From Octopus sinensis (taxonomy: Eukaryota), in NCBI RefSeq assembly GCF_006345805.1, contig NC_043001.1, forward strand, positions 121,954,001-122,018,000: 64,000 nucleotides of DNA. The letters run 5' to 3'. The notes beneath the pieces were generated by a model. The model saw only the letters and a list, made by a program, of their open reading frames with translations, ran no database searches and was not told where the DNA came from. Within the stretch, counting starts at the first letter, position 1, and each line of letters begins with the position of its first letter. This document shows, in pieces, positions 38,981 through 52,106 of this stretch. The position numbers were made by a program, and so were the translations under genes.

Positions 38981-40365
38981 TAAGTACCTGTAAGTGAATT
39001 AGTCAGCTTTGTCAAACCCAGTATCATACTGGCTCTGCTTCGGGATTATCCTAAGGTAGAAGTTTCTGTGGTACACTCATCCACTTAACTGTAATTCACT
39101 GAGTCAGCAATTTAATTGATAAAGCAATTTAGAATGGTTGGTTCACATTACTCTGTAAAGAGCAAAGGGCTGGTCTCTCTAGTGCAGATGTTCCTCCCTT
39201 GATGGGATGCCAGATCATAGCAGGGTTACTCATTTTACCAGCCAAGTGAACTGGAATGACGTATGAAGTGGTTTGCTTAAAAACATGATTCTTTGTCCAG
39301 GAATTGAAAGCACAATCTTATGATTCCAAGTCCATCACCCTAACCACTAAGCCATGTACTTCCACAAGCAATTAGAATATTCATTATCGAAACCAATGTG
39401 TGACCCACTTTCTGTGTTTGTGTGTGTGTGTGTGTTATTCAATCCATATATTTTCACTGGTTTAAAATTTCTTGATTAATTTTCAGTTTTATGTCGAAAG
39501 TAGAAACATTAGATTTACACATTGATTGGTTTTTCACACCTGAGTCACATAGTTACTATGAGTTAGTGTGTGTTAATGATGCACTCATAACTTCCGCGTC
39601 GTGCATAATGACACCTAACACACTGCATTATCACATGCATGCACCCCCCTCTCTCTCCTTCTCTCTCTCATCTATCTGTCTATCTCATTCGTATCCTGCT
39701 AATCAACTTAAAAGATAGGTTACCTCAAGGATCACAATAATCCAGTATGTAAGTGTGTATATGTATGTATGTGTGTATCACAAACCAGTCCTAGCAATGT
39801 CATTGTAATACAACCAAACTGGTGTTATATTGTGGTAGATTTTTACTATTCAGACCAACTGCCTCTTTGTTATGATATATAAGCAGCACATATTCAAGAC
39901 ACTGTATTATTTATTAATGCCTATATATGCTATATTTTACGTAGTCTGCTTTCAAAGTATATGTTTTATACAATCTGCCTCTACGTATTATCTCTATACT
40001 TTCTGTAGTCTATATTTTACATTGTGCCTTTAGACAGTATGCTTACATACACCCTGTATTCAGGCTGTATATTCTATATGTCCTCTGTTTGAAGTGAATA
40101 TATTCAATATGCCTGTGCTTTCTTTAGTTTCTATTCTTTAAAGTGTTTGTATGACTGATACAGTTATCCTACTGGCTAATTGTGTCCTCAAAATAACACA
40201 GCTGTAGTTTTTTACATGAAAGAATGTCTGTCTTCCCTTATCTGCCAGGTCATGGTAAATCATCTCTTTCTATTTCTTTCATTTAAAAATGTTTCTACTT
40301 AAAGCAAAATCTAATGGCTCCATTTTACTGTTCTTTAAACTAGATGAATAGGAAATATATTATAT

Positions 40366-40552
40366 ATTTCTTTACTACCCACAAGGGCTAAACATAGAGG
40401 GGACAAACAAGGACAGACAAACGGATTAAGTCGATTACATTGACCCCAGTGCGTAACTGGTACTTAATTTATCGACCCCAAAAGGATGAAAGGCAAAGTC
40501 GACCTCGGCAGAATTTGAACCCAGAACGTAACGGCAGACGAAATACGGCTAC
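40366..40552 (-). mobile_element. SINE B, 5'-truncated
   Basis: B tail and central domain; the head is replaced by the adjacent MITE. Confidence 0.88.
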
Positions 40553-41219
40553 TCAACCCTTTTCATACCAACTTGCCCAAGACCACTTTTGATTTTAGGA
40601 TACAAACTTCATGTTTTAACCCTTTCATTACCAACCTGGCTGAAACCGCCTTGTTCTCTGTAGTACAAATATCTTGTTTTCATAAGTTTTGAATTAAAAT
40701 CTTCCAAACCTTAGTCACAATTTATGTTCCTAATACTAGCTTAATAATAACTAGGTTATTTAACTAAATTCTTTGTTATATTTAGAATTAATTGAAAGAA
40801 ACACAGAGCATCTTAACAGAAATATGGTAACATAAGGGTTAACAAATGATTAATTTAACCCTTTCAATATCAACCCACCTCTGGCTCTGTAGTACAAATG
40901 TCTTGTTTTCATAAATTGTTTTCCACCAAACCTTAGTTATCATTCAGCTAATGTTAGGAACATAAATTGTAACTAAGTTATTTTACTAAATTCTTGGTTA
41001 TATGTAAGATAATTGAAAGAAACACAGAGCATCTCAAAATAAAAACGGTAATGAAGAGGTTGAAGTGACCTAAACCAAAACCTATTGTCAAAATATTAAT
41101 TTTGTTCCAAACACCAGATTAAAAATGACAAGGCTGTTTTAGTAAATTCTTCCTTATACTTAAAATGAATTGAATCAAAGACTGTCGTTTAATGGAAGTA
41201 TGGTAATGAAAGGAGTTAA
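40553..41219 (+). mobile_element. MITE-3 carrying two MITE-1 insertions (40616-40842, 40855-41062)
   Basis: TTAA-bounded inner copies; the outer element ends ATGGTAATGAAAGGAGTTAA. Confidence 0.78.
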
Positions 41220-41368
41220 TGCATTAAGAACTTTTCTTGGAAAGACACTGCTGAAACTGGGCAGTGTCTCATATGCCTTTGTATCTTTTATGCCATCAAA
41301 GATGGAATATAATTTGATTGAATTAAATATTAATACATGTTAGATACTTATCAAACATGACTCTAGAG

Positions 41369-41706
41369 CAGTGTTTCTCAAACATTTTTACTCTTGTGTA
41401 ACCCTTAAAATAAATTACATGTCTCAAGGAACCCCTGCACAAAAAAAATTATATGCCATATCTTCCTCATATTTTTTCATTGCAGTTCACGTGATAAATA
41501 TTGTGTGTATGTATGTATGTGTGTGTGTCTGTGTGTGCGACTGTTTATACATGTATATAATGTATGTAGATGCACATATAATGTGCATGTATAGTAATTT
41601 TATGATCATAAAATTAGCATTAGCTCATCTCACTCTTTCCTGCAGAACCCCTAGGAACTTTTTGTGGAACCTTAGGGTTCTGGGGAACCCCAGTTGAGAA
41701 ACACTG
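41369..41706 (+). mobile_element. Non-autonomous hAT (Charlie-like) element
   Basis: TIR CAGTGTTTCTCAA; 8-bp TSD CTCTAGAG on both sides, matching the NTCTAGAN target known for Charlie elements. Confidence 0.92.
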
Positions 41707-42178
41707 CTCTAGAGAAATGTAAAAAGCAAAGTTGGTTCAGCAGAATTTGAACTCGGGACCTAATACTTCAAATCATATCACTTTGTGATTTTTACCATGC
41801 CACCACATCTTTCTCTAAACCTGAATGTCTTTTATCATAAGTCTGGTAGATCAAGGCTGACTAGGTACTCGTAACCACCACCACCACCACTAGCACCTTA
41901 ACTATAAATGTTAACTTAATTTTATCAATATAAATAAACTTAGACAAGAAGATTGAAGTCTCAAAAACTGCATAACAAGACCTGTGAAAGGCAGTTACTG
42001 TTCATCGGACATATTTAGGTCAGTTGTCCATCCAGTTGTTTTTTCTCATTGTTAAAAGATAGTTACAGCTGGCCAAGTTGAAAGGGTGTCATTGTATAAC
42101 TAAAGAAGTTGTTGGTTTGTGTTCTGTCACTACTGATCCAGTGTGTTCGAGTATATATGTGTCAATATTCTGATACAT

Positions 42179-42680
42179 ATCATCATCATCATCATTGTTC
42201 GACCGTGGTCGAGACACTGGAATTTACTATGCTACGCCTGACTTCACGGTCCATCATAGCATTACAGAGGTCCTGTTGCTGGATGCCTGTATCCCTGGAG
42301 ATTACATCAGGGTAGGAGAGTCTGCGCCCTCTGGTATCGTGAGCAGATGACTTCCAGAGGAGAAGAGCAGAAATTACCTTGTTTTCAGCTCTACAACAAT
42401 GTCGAGCAAACTGGACTCTCCTACTTTTCACAAGAGATGATACAGGTGGTAGTTTCCCATATATTTGTACTTTGGTTGGATGACGCTTCCACGAGAGATT
42501 TTGAGCTCTCATAAGGAGGCGAGTGTAAGTTCCATCCAACCGCCTGATACATGTAGGATGCATCCCAGCTACCACAGTGTGTGACAGCTCAATGCTGCAA
42601 ACAACAGCAGCACTGTAAAGTGGTGTACTTTGATTCCTTGAAACACAGCTTGGGCTGTTATAAGAAATGCCCACAACACA
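42179..42680 (-). mobile_element. RTE-clade LINE 3' fragment with (TGA)n tail
   Basis: RLDGTYTRLLMRAQNLSWK..IYGKLP..SRRVQFARHC..LLW..RGRRLSYPDVISRD ... DREV; the stop runs into TGATGATGA. Confidence 0.85.
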
Positions 42681-42715
42681 ATACTACTAGAACAGGGAAC
42701 CTCTATATATATAAA

Positions 42716-42947
42716 GGCTGGCAAGCTGGCAGAAACTTTAGCATGCCGGGTGAAATGCATAACCGTATTTCGTCTGCCATTACGTTCTGAGTTCAAATTC
42801 CACTGAGGTTGACTTTGCCTTTCATCCTTTTGGGGTCGATAAATAAAGTACCAGTTTTGCACTGGGGTCGATGTAATCGACTTAATCCATTTGTCTGTCC
42901 TTGTTTGTCCCCTCTGTGTTTAGCCCTTTGTGGGCAATAAAGAAATA
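42716..42947 (+). mobile_element. SINE B, full length
   Basis: Head GGCTGGCAAGCTGGCAG, tail GTGGGCAATAAAGAAAT; flanked by TATATA. Confidence 0.9.
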
Positions 42948-44177
42948 TATATAGTTGCTGAGCCTGCTAGAAATAGCAACCGAATCTCCCTCATATCATT
43001 CAGTTCAAATAGAGTATATTAGATTATGTTGTACTGAGGGAGTGCTGTATCTGAAAGCAATATCTGGTGGGATGTTTGAGATTGGAATGATGTTGATCAT
43101 TAGGCTGTTCGGTTAAACCAGTCCTGGGGTTAAAGAACAGCTATTGTTTACCTTTACTTTTACTGGTTTCAGTCACTGGACTGCAGCCATGCTGGGGCAC
43201 TTCTCTGTAAGGTTTAGTCAAACAAATCAACCCCAGTATTTATACTTTTAATTCTGGTACTTATTTTGTTAGTCTCTTTAGTTGAACCACTAAGTTGTAA
43301 GGACATAAAGAAACCAACACTGGTTTTCAACTGGTGGTAGGGACGAATACAAAGACTTACATATATACGACTAGTTTCTACAGTTTCTGTCTACCAAATA
43401 CACTCATAAGGCTTTGGTCAGCCCAGGACTATAGATGACACTTGCTCAAGGTATTATGCAGTGGGACTGAACCCAGAACCACATAGTTACAAAGTAACCT
43501 TAACCACATAGCCATGTCTGTGTCTCAATCAAGACAAATGAGAAAAATAAATTTTCATGCTCAGAAAGGGATTGAACCTAATTCTCTTGACTCAGATGTC
43601 TGTTTTACTGGCCTGGTTTTTTTTATTTTCTTGCCTTTCCTCTGCAGTTTGGTTAATGCTGTCTACACTTCATTCTCCATTTTTTCTCTTTCACACCCCT
43701 CTCCAACTCCTCCTATGTCACCCCCACAATCCTCTCTGCCACCCATCCACCCTCAGGCCTACATGCTAATCACTCTCATCCTGTAAGTCTCATAAATAAT
43801 CCAGTTTTCACTTTTTCTCTTCACTGGGAATCAATTATGTTAATCTACAAATGAAACAAATGACTGGCTAAGGTCATTAATCTATTATTATTATTATTAT
43901 ATTATTATTATTATTGTTGTTATTTCTGTTTTTAGTGTTTATAGCTTCTATTACACTTTCAGCCATAACTTGTGTCTACTTCCACAATGTTATAAACTGT
44001 TACAGCCACTTAACAAGGTCACATCCCCCATCCAAAATATATATAAAAAAAATTCGTTTGTACTTGATCTATATTTCAGTTGTTCTACTTTGTCTGCGTT
44101 TTCTGAAGGCAATGATAAAGTTTCCTGTTCATACACATCTGATGAATTTGTTTGCTCTAACATCTGGTAGGCAATGG

Positions 44178-44420
44178 TGGAGGTGCGTGGCTTAGTGGTT
44201 AGGGTGTTGAACTCATGATCGTAAGGTTGTTGTTTCGATTCCTGGACCGGGTGATGTGTTGTGTTCTTGAGCAAAACATTTCATTTTCACGTTGCTCCAG
44301 ACCACTCAGCTGGTAAAAATGAGTAACGCTGAGATGGACTGGCGTCCCATCCAGGTGGGGAATTTCTACGCCACTGAAACCAGGAAACCGGCCCTTATGA
44401 GCCTGGCATGGCTTGAGAAA
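44178..44420 (+). mobile_element. SINE with a family-D-type head
   Basis: GGAGGTGCGTGGCTTAGTGGTTAGGG ... GTTTCGATTCC ... CTTGAGCAAAACATTTC. Confidence 0.82.
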
Positions 44421-46062
44421 GATAGGCAATGGGTCAATTAATTGTTATCATTAACAGCAAAAACTATTGCTGCATAAACTCCATAAATCAGCTATTCATT
44501 CATAATTCCAGATCTTCTGCAATGACAAAAGTTAATGTTAGAACTCTTACGTTATTACATAATCTTGTTGGAAATTAGTAGCTAAGTCACCTTCAGATCA
44601 TATGTTACCATCATCAAAAAGGAAGGACACTTTGGATACTAGAGTCCCGAGAAAAAAGAAAAAAAAGACACATTTTAAAGCTAGAATATGAATGATAATA
44701 GTTCTGCAGAATCAGGGTAACTTGGATTTAAATAATAATAATAATCCTTTCTACTAAAGGCACATAGCCTGAAATTTGATAATTTTGTCTTTGAGATATA
44801 TTATGTTTAAAACAAACTCCCAAAAAGATAGAAGGGTCTGATGATATATATATATATATGTGTGTGTGTGTGTCTGTGTTTGTACCCTCACCATCACTTG
44901 ACAACTGATGTTGGTGTGTTTACATCTCCGTAACTTAGCAGTTCAGCAAAAGAGACTGATAGAATAAGTACTAGGCTTACAAAGAATAAATCCTGGGGTC
45001 GATTTCTTTGACTAAAGGTGGTGCTCCAGCATGGCTGCAGTCAAAGGACTGAAACAAATAAAATAATATATATATATAATCTGCTACAGCAACACCTGCT
45101 TTTCTGAATGAACATTTAATGCATGCACACACCTACCCCTGTGTTCTTGAGGTCATCTGTACTGTGTCTTAACAACCTAACACACTGCTAGACATCTTTC
45201 TGCTTGCCTTGAAATGTAGCTTACAGATGTTCCAACTTGATCATTAATCACATTAATCTTCTCAATCTTATAGAACTTCTAAAGGTCAAAGCAACCCGCC
45301 TCTTCACTAAATATTAATATCTAAAAAGACAAACCAAACTCTCTATTTAGAATACAAGTACTTTATTGTTGACCCAATTCACTAAGATCATGTTGGTGTT
45401 TCATATTACCTGTCACCTCTACCACCAACAACATTGCTTGAATGACATATATCAAAAGTGTAATACAGAACAGAATGTTCGGAATGATCACCACTGATCC
45501 AATAACCCATTGATCATAAGATGCTCTATTTGTGACTAACCCATTTATCATTTTTTTATATAATTATAGTGCATCTAGGATTATGTTTTTGCAGTGTGTC
45601 TATCATTTTGAAAAATTGTTAGGTGTGATACGAGCGAAATTTGGCATCTATTTTTAGCATATTTAATGACCATGCAGAATACCTATTATTGGTTTGTGTG
45701 TTGTGTAAATCATGGACTACTTTCAAGCAACAAACCTGTCTTAGCTTGTTGGTTGAAAGCTGTCTATGGCCAACATTTAGAGCAGCTTAATAAATGAGGT
45801 GGGTGTAGAGACAGATTCCTTGTTCTGACCCCATAATTCAATACTTCACCTGGACCATTTTTTTTAAAGGTCCAACCCATGCCAGCATGGAAGATTGACA
45901 CTAGATGATGATGATAATTGGCTGTGTAATAAGAAGCTTACTTCCCAACCACATGTTTCCAGGTTCAGTACCACTGTGTGGCACCTTGGGTGAATGTCTT
46001 CTAGTCTTCTACTAGAGCCCCAGCCAAAGCCTTGAATGGATATGGTCAACAGAATCTGAAAG

Positions 46063-46099
<37 letters not shown>

Positions 46100-46208
46100 G
46101 TCTGTGTCTCTTTGTGTATGTGTATATCCACCATCACTGCTTGACAACTAGTGTTGCTTTATCTCCCTGTAACTTAATGGTTTGCCAAAAGAGACATAGA
46201 ATATGAGG

Positions 46209-46605
46209 TATCATCATCATCATCATCGTTTAACGTCCATTTTCCATGCTAGCATGGGTTGGGCAGTTTGACTGGGGTCTGGGAAGCCAGGAGGCTGCAC
46301 CAGGCTCCAGTCTGATCTGGCAGTGTTTCTACAGCTGGATGCCCTTCCTAATGCCAACCACTCCGTGAGTGTAGTGGGTGCTTTTTACGTGCCAGGGGAG
46401 GCTGGCAACATCCATGATTGGTTGGTGCTTTTTACGTGCCACTGGCATGGGAGCCAGTCAAGGTGGTGCTGGCATCAAACACGTATGGATGGTGCTTTTT
46501 ACGTGCCACAGGCACAGGTGCCTGGGGAGGCTGGTAATGGCTACAATCGGTAGATGCTTTTTACGTGCCACCAGCATGGAAGCCAGTCGAGGTGGCGCTG
46601 GCATT
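46209..46605 (-). mobile_element. SINE family C with internal short repeats
   Basis: (CAT)n tail and repeated GGTGCTTTTTACGTGCCA units. Confidence 0.85.
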
Positions 46606-46629
46606 GGTGCTATAAAAACAAAACTACAA

Positions 46630-47395
46630 CATGTACCAATTTGGCATTTAATCTCCTTCAAAGTAGTCCTCTTTGGAAGCCACACACTTAATCCAGCACT
46701 GTTTCCATTGATAGAAGCATTCCTGAAACTGGTTTTCAGGGATAATCTCCATTTGCTTCATTGCATTCACTTTGATTTCTTTGACATCCTGAAATCTTCT
46801 TCCTTTCAAGTGGGATTTGATTTTTGGAAAGAGGAAAAAGTCACAAGCAGTGAGAACTGGGGAATACGGTAACTATGAGCCCTGGGGGATGCTGTCCCTA
46901 GTCAAAAACTGCTGTACAAGCTGCGCTGAATGAGTGCGTGCATTGTCTTGGTGTAATTGTCATTCACCACATGCATGCAACTGTGGCCTTTTCTGATGAA
47001 CAGCATCCCAGAAACACCGCAAAACATCATGATTGTACATAGTACTCCTTGTTTACTGTCTGACTAGGTGGAGCATACTCATGATGAACAATCCACTTGT
47101 AGTCAAAGAAAACGGCCAACAGTTTGTGCTTTCTTCAGTCTCTGGGCAGTTGGGGTCTTCCACTGTAAAGACTGAGCCTGTGTTTTGGGGTTATAACCAT
47201 AGACCCAAGATTCATCATCCATTATGACCATTTTCAATAAGTTTTCACGATTCTCGACTCAATCAAGATCTTGTGCAACTGAAACCTGAGTGTCTTTTTG
47301 GTCAGCTAAAAGCAGTTTTGGCACAAACCTGGTAGACACACATTTCATACCGAAATCTTCAATGATAATGGCCTGAAGAACAGTCCATTCCGTTA
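46630..47395 (-). pseudogene. Decayed mariner (Tc1/mariner) transposase
   Basis: Minus strand, with frameshifts: MKCVSTRFVPKLL, VIMDDESWVYGYNPKT, LAVFFDYKWIVHHEY, LHQDNA, PYSPVLTACDFFLFPKIKSHLKGRRF, CVASKEDYFEGD. All three catalytic-Asp motifs of mariner are recognisable. Confidence 0.92.
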
Positions 47396-48523
47396 AATGA
47401 TGATAATGCTGATGATCATCATCCTCAGTTGTTTAGCTTCAAGACAGCTCTGATGTAGGTATATCTATCATCAGACATTCCATCTGTGACTATTCTATCT
47501 TTTTGGGTTTTTTTTTAGACGTTATATATCTCAAAGACTAAATTATCCAATATGTTAATTTTTTTTTTTTCAGAAGGTAGCATGTGACTTGGCAGCAAGC
47601 CGAGTGCCCCCCCCCCCCCCAGTTCCGTTGTTGCTGCTTCATTTTCTCTGAAATAGTTATTGATTCTGTTGTGTTCTGATATTAAATGACAGCCCATCTC
47701 TTTCCCTTCTTTTATTCACACCAAAATCTTAGCTTTCATTTCAGATTAAGCTTTCAAAGATCACTTAAGAAAAAAACAAAAAAAACAAAACAAAACAAAC
47801 AACAATGCAAAAAGATGTGTTGGTGATTGAGATAATTAATTTTTAATTAAGATTATTTCGTTAAGGTACACCATATTTCTGTTCACTATAAAAGTGAGTG
47901 TTAGTAATCTTGTTTGGTTGGTTTCTTCTAAAATGACCTGGCTTCATTTTTGGACTCTGTTTCACTCTTATTTATAGCTAATTGTTTAAATGGTGACATT
48001 AACCTGTTCACTCATGCTCACTTGATGACACAGACTCATAGACTGACATACACTTTCTCTCACTCATTCCCTGTATCATTCTCTCTTTGTCTTTCATATG
48101 CTCTTTCTCCTGTTCTCCCCTCCTCTCTCTCTCTCAGTAGAGGAATGTGGTTGATATGCAGGTGTTTGATTGCAATTATTCTGTTAAAACAGTCAATATC
48201 TAAAGCAGGATTGTCTGCATATTGCCCTTCTCTGTCCTAAGCCCCACTCCTTTAAAACACACCTCTTAAAGAGTATTTACTGTAGTTTAACTGTCAATGC
48301 TGTGAGTGAGAGAAGTAGATTAACCATTCTAATCCTTTCTGTCTTTGGTGGTATAACTTATCATTAGATTCTGAGGGTAACTTTGAAGCCCTTTCCAAAT
48401 TAATTAGAGGCAGCCAGGCATATATATCACTTAGTTTGTTGAGCTTCCTTACCAGAATTATGAGGTTGATGTGACTTCTGATGTTAATCTCAGGTTATGT
48501 TTGAGCAGTTCTATGGTCTAAGG

Positions 48524-48666
48524 CAACGTTTCTCAAGCGGAGTTCCCTAGAACCCTAGGGTTTCACGAAAGATTCCTAGGGGTTCTGCGAGAAAGAGTGA
48601 GTTAAGCTAATGCTAATTTCATGATCGTAATATTGCTATACATGCACATTATATGTGCATATACAT

Positions 48667-48734
<68 letters not shown>

Positions 48735-48984
48735 TATATGATAATAATAATTTGAGGGAATATTATTCCAAACTTACAGGGAAAAATTCAATTTAGAAAT
48801 ACTATTTTGAATTGATAAAGGGTGGTTTTTTTTTCTAATATATATATATATATAAACCCGTGAGCTAGGATGAAAAAAAAAAGTGAGAAAGATATGGTAT
48901 ATAATTTTTTTTTGTGCAGGGGTTCCTTGAGACATGTAATTTATTTTAAGGGTTATGCAAGGGTAAAAAGGTTGAGAAACACTG
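48524..48984 (-). mobile_element. Second hAT-Charlie-like copy with internal (TA)n(GA)n expansion
   Basis: Reverse complement of 41369-41706; TSD GTCTAAGG on both sides. Confidence 0.9.
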
Positions 48985-49431
48985 GTCTAAGGTGTTCTAA
49001 CCATGACTACTACATCTGTCTATCTATCTAGGACTCTATTATCCAATGTCATTCCTTCTCAAAGGATGTATGGGGTGATTTCAGGAAGATTTAGCTGCTA
49101 ATTCTTGCTGGCTGTGTGCTGCATTTGGGTTTCTTTACTGGTATGTGTGGGATTGGAGGAAAAAATGCTGTGTATTCATTGTTAGGTGTGTTACTTTATG
49201 GAGACATTTTTGTTCAGTGACAAAGTTAAGGAAGATGAGAAAAACTTGAATGATGAATTGATCTCTGAATAAGACAGACTGGTCTATCGTAGGTAGGTAA
49301 CCTTTCTCACTGGAGGCATAAAATAAAGATCTTCAAATTGATGCTTCACTCATCAGCACAGCTGCTACACATTGTGGTGAATAAATTCACTTTATAGTAC
49401 TAATTTACTACTAAGTGAACCTGGTTGACTA

Positions 49432-49662
49432 TTAACCATTTTGTTACCATATTTCTGTTGAGATGCTCTGTGTTTCTTTCAATTAATTTTAAATATAACA
49501 AAGAATTTAGTAAAAAAAACCTAGTTATCATTAAGCTAGTATTAGGAACATAAATTGTGATTAATGTTTGGTGAAAGATTTTAATTCAAAACTTATAAAA
49601 GCAAGACATTTGTACTACAGAGCCAGAGCCAGTTTCAGCTGGGTTGGTAACAAAAGGGTTAA
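49432..49662 (-). mobile_element. MITE-1 (TTAA)
   Basis: TTAA-bounded and colinear with the family. Confidence 0.88.
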
Positions 49663-49917
49663 GGCACATTGTAACAAGTACCTGAGTGTGAGGGCGTAAG
49701 GACCCCTAACCCTAAATTTGTAAATTTGGATAAGTGATTAGTTTACATGCCATAGTGAGGTGAGGGTCCTGACGTTTCAAGTAAAACCCTTTTTCCATTA
49801 TATTTATACGCCTGTCTGTACAATGTATTTAGAAATGCTTTGATGCCATATTCGACTGCTTGTCCATCTTTTTGGCAGAAACGTTGGACCACAGGATGAA
49901 ATGCTTAAGGGTAGTTT

Positions 49918-50353
49918 ATAGGCGTAGGAGTGGCTGTGTGGTAAGTAGCTTGCTTACCAGCCACATGGTTCTGGGTTCAGTCCCACTCGGGCCAACCAAA
50001 GCCTTGTGAGTGGATTTGGTAGGCGGAAACTGAAAGAAGCCCATCGTATATATATATATATATGTATGTATGTATGTATGTATATATATATATGTTGGCC
50101 ATCCAACCCATGCTAGCATGGAAAACGGACGTTAAATGATGATGATGATGTTTGTGTGTCTGTGTTTGTCCCCCCAACATTGCTTGACAACCAATGCTGG
50201 TGTGTTTATGTTCCCGTAACTTAGCGGTTTGGCAAAAGATACTGATAGAATAAGTACCAGGCTTACAAAGAATAAGTCCTGGGGTCGATTTGCTCGAGTA
50301 AAGGCGGTGATCCAGCATGGCCACAGTCAAATAACTGAAACAAGTAAAAGAGT
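49918..50353 (+). mobile_element. SINE A with a head deletion and a SINE C tail inserted in its microsatellite
   Basis: CCCACT joined to CGGGCC (deletion); CCAACCCATGCTAGCATGG..GATGATG at ~50100-50150. Confidence 0.88.
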
Positions 50354-50450
50354 ATATCTATATATTTATGTGTGTGTGTGAGATTTTTATCTTTACGTGT
50401 CATTACTTGGGCAATGGTGGTATTTCTTTAAATACTTTAAATTTCTTTAA

Positions 50451-50682
50451 GGTGGCAAGCTGGCAGAAACGTTAGCACGCCGGGCGAAATGCTTAGCGGC
50501 ATTTTGTCTGCCGTTACGTTGTGAGTTCAAATTCCGCCGGGGTCGACTTTTGCCTTTCGTCCTTTCGGGGTCGATTAAATAAGTACCAGTTACGCACTAG
50601 GGTCAATATAATTGACTTAATCTGTTTGTCTGTCCTTGTTCATACCCTCTGTGTTTAGCCCCTTGTAGGTAGTAAAGAAATA
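50451..50682 (+). mobile_element. SINE B, full length
   Basis: GGTGGCAAGCTGGCAG ... AGTAAAGAAATA; GGTA(T/C)TTCTTTAAAT occurs on both sides. Confidence 0.9.
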
Positions 50683-51586
50683 GGTACTTCTTTAAATCTT
50701 GCATTCTGGCTGTGTAATCTGTAAAACCAAGAACAAAAAAAAATGGGCAAATAAAATGCTTTATTTGAAAACAAGTCTGTTTGCATCTGGAAGGGTATTT
50801 AGATTTAGGATATGACATTAAGTTTTCTTCACCACATGACAATATGGAAAAAGCAGACACAAAACCAATGATAGCATAGATGACTAATAACATTTGCTAG
50901 TGCAGAACAGCTCTTGTTTTCATGGACTCTGACTTTTATTTATTTGGTACATAGTCAATTTGGTCATACACAGTTTTTCTGAGACAAGCATAGGACTGCT
51001 TGGAGTGTGGGAAGAATGGGTGTGGGGAAAACTATTATAGAATTTAACGGCAACAACTATGACCAGGGAAATTCCTGTCAGCCTAGAAAAACTGGCTTTT
51101 TTTTTTTCCTAAGGATTGGCACCAAAATTATGAACAACTAATTTAGTTAATTTCAGCTTAGTTTATTTGTACATTCTGAAAATTTAAGTGTTTGTGTATG
51201 TGTGTGTGTGTGTAGGCACATATACCTGTATATTAGCTCACATTCATGAATATACATTTAAATGAATACAAACATAAGCTCACGCACATACACTTTTATA
51301 CACAATGTAATGTGTGTGCAATCACTCATTTTTACGCAGTAGCTAATTGGTGGAAGAAGAACATTGTTACTTCTAACAGTCCTGCCTCTGTTTTAGCTCA
51401 GAGTTACAGTTGTCTAGTTTATCATTGTTTTAACTAACGTTATCATGAGCCTTCTGGTGTAAGAGGCATGTGGTAATTTTGCATTACTATCAACATACTG
51501 TATTTTCAATATGAATAAATATCATGTGTTACAGATCTGGCTACATACTATATAGTGTTAGATGTATTTTGGTACCATGTTTAAAA

Positions 51587-52106
51587 CATCATCATCATCG
51601 TTTAACGTCCGCTTTCCATGCTAGCATGGGTTGGACGATTTTGACTGAGGGCTAGCGAACCAGATGGCTGCACCAGGCTCCAGTCTTGATTTGGCAGAGT
51701 TTCCACAGCTGGATGCCCTTCCTAATGCCAACCACTCCGAGAATGTAGTGGGTGCTTTTTACGTGCCACAGGTGCCAGGGGAGGCTGGCAGCAGCCACGA
51801 TTGGTTGGTGCTTTTTATGTGCCACCAGCACAGAAGCCAGTCAAGGCAGTGCTGGCATCGGCCACATTCGGATGGGGCTTTTTATGTGCCACCGGCACAG
51901 GTATCACAACTACAATTTCCATTTGATATTTATTTTGAATAACTCAATAGGTTTCCTCAAGCACAGCAGGTCACATGCTGTAGAAACACTGGCAGATCAG
52001 ACTGGAGCCTGGTGCAGCCTCCTGGCTTCCCAGACCCCCTGGTCGAACCGTCCAACCCATGCTAGCATGGAAAACGGACATTAAACGATGATGATGATGA
52101 TGATGA
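51587..52106. mobile_element. Two SINE C copies in inverted, tails-out orientation
   Basis: Minus copy 51587-51905, plus copy ~51960-52106. Confidence 0.88.

Noticed and set aside
39900-40140. Hydrophobic open frame
   Set aside because: Lies in what appears to be a decayed AT-rich short-period repeat; no recognisable motif.
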